Below are positions 54,797 to 59,874 of a stretch of 59,874 bases of DNA, piece after piece. The position numbers were made by a program, and so were the translations under genes. The first letter of the stretch is position 1, and the number at the start of each line of letters is the position of its first letter. The stretch spans positions 1 to 59,874 of the forward strand of contig JAUSCK010000076.1 in NCBI GenBank assembly GCA_030651035.1. The letters run 5' to 3'. The stretch comes from Elusimicrobiota bacterium. GTDB lineage: Bacteria; Elusimicrobiota; Elusimicrobia; Elusimicrobiales; UBA9959. The notes beneath the pieces were generated by a model. That model was not told the DNA's origin and searched no databases. It was given only the letters and a program-made list of their open reading frames with translations.

Positions 54797-56029
54797 TTAA
54801 AAAGCATTGGACCCGCTCGGCTGATACTTGTAACTGAATTCCAGGGCGCACCCGCTTAGCGCCAGTTCAACAGAGTTGATCCGCAAAACCGCGTATTTGC
54901 CCGCACCAGTCTTGAACGCGTAGCACTCCCCTACATTAGGGGTGGCAGAGTTCCCTGAAACTATGCCGGGCGCAGAGGCGACAGAACCCAGACTACAATT
55001 TCCTATGGAAACTATTGCACCTCCAGAGAGAGGCCTAAGCGTTCCATCTCCAAACCTAAAGATGTCCGCTGACCTGTCCAAGCCGGTGCTATCGAAGGTC
55101 TTCCTGGATTGTGTTTCGAACTGGAAGGCGGCACCGGGTAGGCTGGAAATACACGGGAACGATGCTACGATGGCCGTGCCGAATAGAGTGCTCTGAAGCC
55201 CGGGGACCGAGCTGGCAGCCGCCGAAAGGGAATGCTGACCTGCGTCCATCGGATTCTCCGTGGAAGTCAGGGAATTGCCGAAGATGATAGGCTTTTCCAT
55301 CTTATAAAGCCTTACTTTCCCGTCCTCATCGCGAAAGGTGTAGTTGGAACGTCCGCTGAATGTTTTATTAACGCCCTGCTCATTGACGACAGTGAGGTTA
55401 TAATGGAACTCAACGGCGGCCATATCGCCCTGGGCCACGACACTATCGGGGGTTATGCTGAGGTTGACGGAGCTGTAGGTGCGAAAATCCTTAACCAGGG
55501 CGTCTTCGAAAGTGGAAACATCTCCGGAGAAGTTCTGGGAAACCAGCTTCATAAAAGCGGTCCGGCGCTTTGCACTGTAAGCTTCGGCGAGTTCCTGCAG
55601 CGTCTGCTTGGCCTGTATAAAAAGAATACCGAGTCCGAGCTGGAAAGCCGGGGCCGGGGCAATTTTTTCTCGGTCATTGGTAACCTTGCCGCCTGCCTTT
55701 TCACCAGTCAGAACATGAACTATATCGGCATCGTCCCACCTCCCCACCTTAGTGGCGCCGGTAATCGGAGCGCCAACTGGTACCGTAATAGAGTGAGCAG
55801 CTCCGGTTAAGTCCGCGTCATTTGCTTTCTTAATTGTCCCGGGGGTTCCCGCGCAGGGTCCGCAGAAAGGGCCCACCCAGGTAGCGCCCCTGTCATTGCT
55901 GACCAGGTGGCAGGTCTTGGTGCCGCCGCTGCAAGCCTTGGTGAAGTCGTCGCCGATCAACTGTTTAGCGTAGGCGCCTGAAGGGACACACAAACACAGG
56001 ATAGTTACCAGTTTAAAAATTATGTTCAT
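54797..56029 (-). CDS. Exported multidomain protein with a central NTF2-like domain
   Basis: Signal peptide; Cys-containing N-terminal region; central segment similar to the downstream lipoprotein; C-terminal beta domain CYAFKTGAGKYAVLRI...FSYKYQ. Confidence 0.75.
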   Translation of the reverse strand: MNIIFKLVTILCLCVPSGAYAKQLIGDDFTKACSGGTKTCHLVSNDRGATWVGPFCGPCAGTPGTIKKANDADLTGAAHSITVPVGAPITGATKVGRWDDADIVHVLTGEKAGGKVTNDREKIAPAPAFQLGLGILFIQAKQTLQELAEAYSAKRRTAFMKLVSQNFSGDVSTFEDALVKDFRTYSSVNLSITPDSVVAQGDMAAVEFHYNLTVVNEQGVNKTFSGRSNYTFRDEDGKVRLYKMEKPIIFGNSLTSTENPMDAGQHSLSAAASSVPGLQSTLFGTAIVASFPCISSLPGAAFQFETQSRKTFDSTGLDRSADIFRFGDGTLRPLSGGAIVSIGNCSLGSVASAPGIVSGNSATPNVGECYAFKTGAGKYAVLRINSVELALSGCALEFSYKYQPSGSNAF

Positions 56030-56041
56030 AAAGGTTATCTC

Positions 56042-57655
56042 CTAAAAGCGGTTCGTAAGCCCCGCTTCCCAAATCGTTTCCTTGAAATTCTGGCTGGTGG
56101 TGTCGAACCGGTTATCGTTCTGCCTGTAGCGCAGCGTAACGCGGTGGTCAGGCTTCTTGAGGATATTATACCCGATAGAAGCTGACGCCGACCTGCGGTC
56201 CGAGCCGGGGTTGATCCCGGTTAGAACCAGGTTGCGCGAGTAGCCGGCACCGGCGTCCAGCCCCCAGGGGGACTCGCAGGCGACGTTCGCCATTATAAGC
56301 CCGGCCTGGTCGGTACTGTTGAGCAGGGTGTCCCGGTCATGCTGCAGGTTGTAGCGCAGGCTTGGCATCAGCTTCCAGCCAGCGGCGAGCTGGTGCATGG
56401 AGCTGGCGCCTATGCCGAAGATATGGTGTTTGCCGTTCACCGTCTTGTCTGTGCGGTCTTCGTTCTGGAATTCATAGTCCAGGTTGAGATTCACCGGCCC
56501 TAAGCGGTCGGCGTAATTCGCAAGGATGCTGCGGGTGCGGGAGCGGATGCCGGTAAGGGAGGTCGTCACTTCGCGCTGGCGGGCTTTCAGCTCGGCTGAG
56601 AGATCGGGTCTCCAGTCGGGGGCTTCATAGCGCAGTCCGGTTTCAGGCATAGCGGTAGTATAAACAGAGACGCCTGTGGTACGGTCAAGATTGTTATGGA
56701 ACCAGGTGTAATTGACCACCCAGCGCCATGCCCCGGCAAACGTCAGCTTATTCTGGGTACGGGCCCTGATAAGGTCGGGCGAAGCCGCGCCGCCATTCGT
56801 AGCGAACCCTGAGCCTACCCGCTCTAACTCGTTTTGGGTCTTGAAGCGCTTGTAGGCATAGTCGCCCTTGACCAGGTGCGCCCAGCCCTGCTGGCTGCTG
56901 TCGGCGGCGCCGGGGTTGTTATTATCCGTCTTGGCGAAAGAGGATTCGCCGTAGAAGTGCAGCTTGCGGAAAGCGGGCAGGCTCCAGTCTATCGCGGCGA
57001 GGCGCTGGTCCTGTTCTACGGCGGTGGTGTTAAGGCGGGCCCGGCTGTCTTTGGCCAGTACTAAACTCGCTCCTACAAAGGCTTCGTTTTCAAAGCTCTT
57101 TGCGGCGCGCAGGCCGTAGAACATGCGGTTCACGGTTTCCGACCGTTTGTGGGTCCAAAGGTCGTCCCAATTGGGGTTTGCTATCCCTGCCAGCGCCGTC
57201 AGGTCTAATTGGTCGCTGAGCCTGTGCGTGTAGCGGCTTCCTTTAAGAGCGGCGCCCAGGGAATACTGGCTGAAGGAGGCAAAATAATCTCCGGCTACCG
57301 CCGATTGGCGCGCGTTCTCTTCTTTTAAGTAGAAGCGTTTGAGATTAAAGTGACTGGCCTCTATGCGCTTGTCGTCAGAATACCTGCCGTCGAGAGCGCC
57401 CTCCCAGGCGGTATCGCCGGTAGTGGTGTTGTAGAGGATCCCGAGGTCGTCCGTGGCGCGGCTGCCGGGCGTAAGGAAGGAGCCGGCGGGGCTGGCGCCG
57501 GTGATCTTGTTATTAGTATGAAGGAACTGGTTCTGGATGGCCAGCGTGGCATTATCCAGTTCAAGCGCCTGGGCTGAAGGCGCTGTAAAAGCCAAAGAGA
57601 CAGTGAGCGCGGACAACAGGGCGCGCGCGCGGCAGAAGGTTCTAGTTGTTTTCAT
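56042..57655 (-). CDS. Outer-membrane beta-barrel protein
   Basis: Signal peptide ending AQA; many alternating hydrophobic/polar strands; C-terminal WEAGLTNRF with terminal Phe. Confidence 0.75.
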   Translation of the reverse strand: MKTTRTFCRARALLSALTVSLAFTAPSAQALELDNATLAIQNQFLHTNNKITGASPAGSFLTPGSRATDDLGILYNTTTGDTAWEGALDGRYSDDKRIEASHFNLKRFYLKEENARQSAVAGDYFASFSQYSLGAALKGSRYTHRLSDQLDLTALAGIANPNWDDLWTHKRSETVNRMFYGLRAAKSFENEAFVGASLVLAKDSRARLNTTAVEQDQRLAAIDWSLPAFRKLHFYGESSFAKTDNNNPGAADSSQQGWAHLVKGDYAYKRFKTQNELERVGSGFATNGGAASPDLIRARTQNKLTFAGAWRWVVNYTWFHNNLDRTTGVSVYTTAMPETGLRYEAPDWRPDLSAELKARQREVTTSLTGIRSRTRSILANYADRLGPVNLNLDYEFQNEDRTDKTVNGKHHIFGIGASSMHQLAAGWKLMPSLRYNLQHDRDTLLNSTDQAGLIMANVACESPWGLDAGAGYSRNLVLTGINPGSDRRSASASIGYNILKKPDHRVTLRYRQNDNRFDTTSQNFKETIWEAGLTNRF

Positions 57656-57684
57656 AAAGTTGCAATCTCCGGTATCTTAACCGC

Positions 57685-59874
57685 TCAGCTCGGATTAGTG
57701 TGAGAACACCCGTAAGTATTATTGACCCTGACGGCATTGGCACCGGGAGCGATGATCACCGTCGCGCCGGGCGAATAAGATGCCGCGTTCCAGACTGCCG
57801 GAATAGCGGGGCCTGAAGTATCAACCTTTCGGCCCCCCATAGCTCCGGTAGCCCCGCCGGCGCCGCTCGCGGGGCAGGAGAGCGGAGCGCTGAACTGCGG
57901 ATTTGACGGCAGGGCTTCGCTTACTGTACAGGAGGTGCCGATAGGCAGCCCTGATATTGTCTCTGAATCGTCCCGGCCAAGGCGCAGTAATTTGCTGAAG
58001 CCGTTATTGCAGGCCACTGTAACCTGGAAACCGCCGGCCGGGTCGGGGGCCTGCTCGGTGGGCAGCAGGTCTCTTACTTTTTTCGTCACAGTAAGGGTGC
58101 CGGTCTCGTCGCAGAGAAGCTCATTCTCGATCACGAATTTTGTGCCTATCCCCCCCTCCTGGTCGTTGGGATAGCTGGTCTCCCAATGGCAGGATTTAGG
58201 CGCGACCGGCGGGACCTCGGAAATAAAGCAGATGCTCTTGGATGGAATGGTAATGGTCTGCTGCAATTTATCAGGGCTGGTAAGCGGCACAAGCTGCTGA
58301 GGGCCGCCGGACTTACAGTTCAGCTTCACCTGGAACGGCGTGACCGGCGTGGGCGTATGAGTTCTGTTCCTGATCTTCTTGGTCACGGTGATGGTCCCGG
58401 TTTCGGGGCCCTCGTCACAGGTCCAGGTGTTGAGCACGGCGCGGGTGATGCTCGTGGCGGGACCGGGCGCGGCGTTTTTCTGGCCGCCGGGAGCGGACTT
58501 CAGCGAGTTGGCGGCTAAAGCCGGGAAAGCTGCTGTCTGGCCGCCAGGGTAGGAGGTCGCCCAGGAGCAGCCCTGCTTCTTCAGCGCCGCGGTAAGGGCC
58601 GGTGCCTGCTCGGTGATAGTACAGACCGAGTTAGCCGGGATATTGTTAACGGTCTGGGTGAAGCTGTTAGCGTTCGAGAGCGAGAGCTGCACGTTAGGCC
58701 CGCTGGTGGAGCAGTTGACCTGCACCAGGAAAGGATCCGCCGGCGGGGTTATAGCGGAGTGTGCGACTATGGTCTTTACTACGGTAAGGGAGCCTGTTCC
58801 CGTTACGGGGCCGGCGCCGCCGCCAGTGCCGGTGCCTGTGCTTTCATCGCAGGACCAGATATTGAGCACAGTGCGCGTTATGCCGGTAACGGGACTGGGC
58901 CCGGCGTTCTTCTGCCCGGCAGAAACCGGCAGCATCGAGTTAGCGGCTGAAGCGGGGATAGTTGCCGTCTGGCCTCCGGGGTAGGAGGTCGCCCAGGAGC
59001 AGCCCTGCCTCTTCTGTGCGGCTGTCACAAGCGGCGCCTGCTCGGTAATAGTACAAACCGAGTTCGCCGGGATATTATTAACCGTCTGTGTGAAGCTGTT
59101 GCTCCCGGAGAGAGAAAGCAGCAGGTTAGGCCCCGAGGTGAGGCAGTTGACCTGAACCTTAAATGGGGCTGTGGGCAGCGGGCCGGTTGTGTGGTTAACC
59201 ACCGTCTTTATAACGGTTAGCGCGCCGGTGGGCGGAACGGGGGTGGTCCAACTGCAGCAGGCGGCGCCGGCGATGGCGGACGGGCAGGTGTGATTCCAGC
59301 CCAGGCCGTCGTTGTAGCTGGCGGGGGTTCGCCAGTTATAACGGCATTCGTTGGCGTTGTTTTTATAACACTGGTCGATGGGTACATTATTGGCGTAGGT
59401 GCTGCCGTTATTATAGGCCGGCACGTGAGCCGGGTCGGCGCAGGAAATGGTAGTGGTATTGGAACAGTTGGGATTCCACATGCACTTCAGGACCGCATTC
59501 ACATTGCATTGTGCCTGGGGGGCGGCGGCACATGCGGAAATCAGCGCAGGGGCGTTGTATGATGAGGAAGGGATGGCGCTCCAGTCCGGCGTACAGCAAG
59601 GAGATGGGGCCTGAGCGCAGGCCCAGGTGTTGCGCACGGTGCGCGTTAACGCGGTTGCCGGATTCGACATGGTGGCAGTCTGACCAGTAGGATAGGCGGT
59701 GTTCCAGCTGCAACCCAGCGCTAACTGCGCTGGCGTTACCACGGGCGCAACCTCGCTGATCGTGCAGGCTGCATTAGCAGGCACCGAGGAAACAGTCTGC
59801 GTGAAGCTGTTGGCGTTAGACAGTGACAGCAGCGCGCTAGGGCCGGGGCTGGGGCAGGTCACCTGCACCAGGAA
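57685..59874 (-). CDS. Large surface repeat protein (DUF5979/CnaB-like modules plus a Cys-rich insert), 5-prime end outside the window
   Basis: Five modules (first partial) with LTVxK...F.VxVxC...CTxxE...CxW/N...N; two are near-identical at DNA level (about 58540-58730 vs 58960-59160). The frame is open to the window edge (FLVQVTC). Confidence 0.8.
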   Translation of the reverse strand, partial: FLVQVTCPSPGPSALLSLSNANSFTQTVSSVPANAACTISEVAPVVTPAQLALGCSWNTAYPTGQTATMSNPATALTRTVRNTWACAQAPSPCCTPDWSAIPSSSYNAPALISACAAAPQAQCNVNAVLKCMWNPNCSNTTTISCADPAHVPAYNNGSTYANNVPIDQCYKNNANECRYNWRTPASYNDGLGWNHTCPSAIAGAACCSWTTPVPPTGALTVIKTVVNHTTGPLPTAPFKVQVNCLTSGPNLLLSLSGSNSFTQTVNNIPANSVCTITEQAPLVTAAQKRQGCSWATSYPGGQTATIPASAANSMLPVSAGQKNAGPSPVTGITRTVLNIWSCDESTGTGTGGGAGPVTGTGSLTVVKTIVAHSAITPPADPFLVQVNCSTSGPNVQLSLSNANSFTQTVNNIPANSVCTITEQAPALTAALKKQGCSWATSYPGGQTAAFPALAANSLKSAPGGQKNAAPGPATSITRAVLNTWTCDEGPETGTITVTKKIRNRTHTPTPVTPFQVKLNCKSGGPQQLVPLTSPDKLQQTITIPSKSICFISEVPPVAPKSCHWETSYPNDQEGGIGTKFVIENELLCDETGTLTVTKKVRDLLPTEQAPDPAGGFQVTVACNNGFSKLLRLGRDDSETISGLPIGTSCTVSEALPSNPQFSAPLSCPASGAGGATGAMGGRKVDTSGPAIPAVWNAASYSPGATVIIAPGANAVRVNNTYGCSHTNPS

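Overview
A 59.9 kb chromosomal window from an LPS-producing, probably anaerobic bacterium (lpxB/msbA, NrfD modules, acetate kinase). Some gene families look Elusimicrobiota-like, but this is an unverified impression. Layout: (1) 1-11.5 kb, a mostly AT-richer region with a PASTA protein, then eight co-oriented minus-strand genes forming a probable defence island (AbiEi/AbiEii toxin-antitoxin with a predicted operator, DUF1848-like protein, 16-repeat LRR protein, an ABC-ATPase/unknown/NACHT three-gene operon, and a J-domain-less Zn-finger-DnaJ_C chimera). (2) 11.6-18.1 kb, housekeeping genes (Gfo/Idh/MocA, lpxB, msbA, a ZIP transporter broken by one in-frame TGA, a short Rel) with a dispersed palindromic repeat in the intergenic spaces. 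(3) 18.2-33.9 kb, the most striking part: eight B12-binding radical SAM genes, a phytoene-desaturase-family FAD enzyme and a membrane protein. In the middle, inverted, is a radical SAM/SPASM maturase preceded by a 36-aa ORF missing from the ORF track (24361-24251, MPTITKPIVKTVKKLNKTGKTEKKLSRYCRSGRVLW). That ORF has a near-consensus sigma70 promoter, a GGAGG RBS and a downstream stem-loop, making this a candidate undescribed RiPP or peptide-derived cofactor system. (4) 34-45 kb, aconitase, a NapH-like ferredoxin and a tandem pair of tetrahaem cytochrome c/4Fe-4S/NrfD modules with tatA/tatC. (5) 45.5-53.1 kb, a cNMP-acetate kinase-PduL triple fusion and an acyl-CoA ligase/FadN/thiolase operon. 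(6) 54.3 kb to the end, a four-gene surface operon (isopeptide-type repeat protein running off the edge, outer-membrane barrel, two NTF2-like exported proteins). No rRNA, tRNA, CRISPR array, integrase or transposase was recognised. All family calls come from motifs read by eye; no database searches were run.
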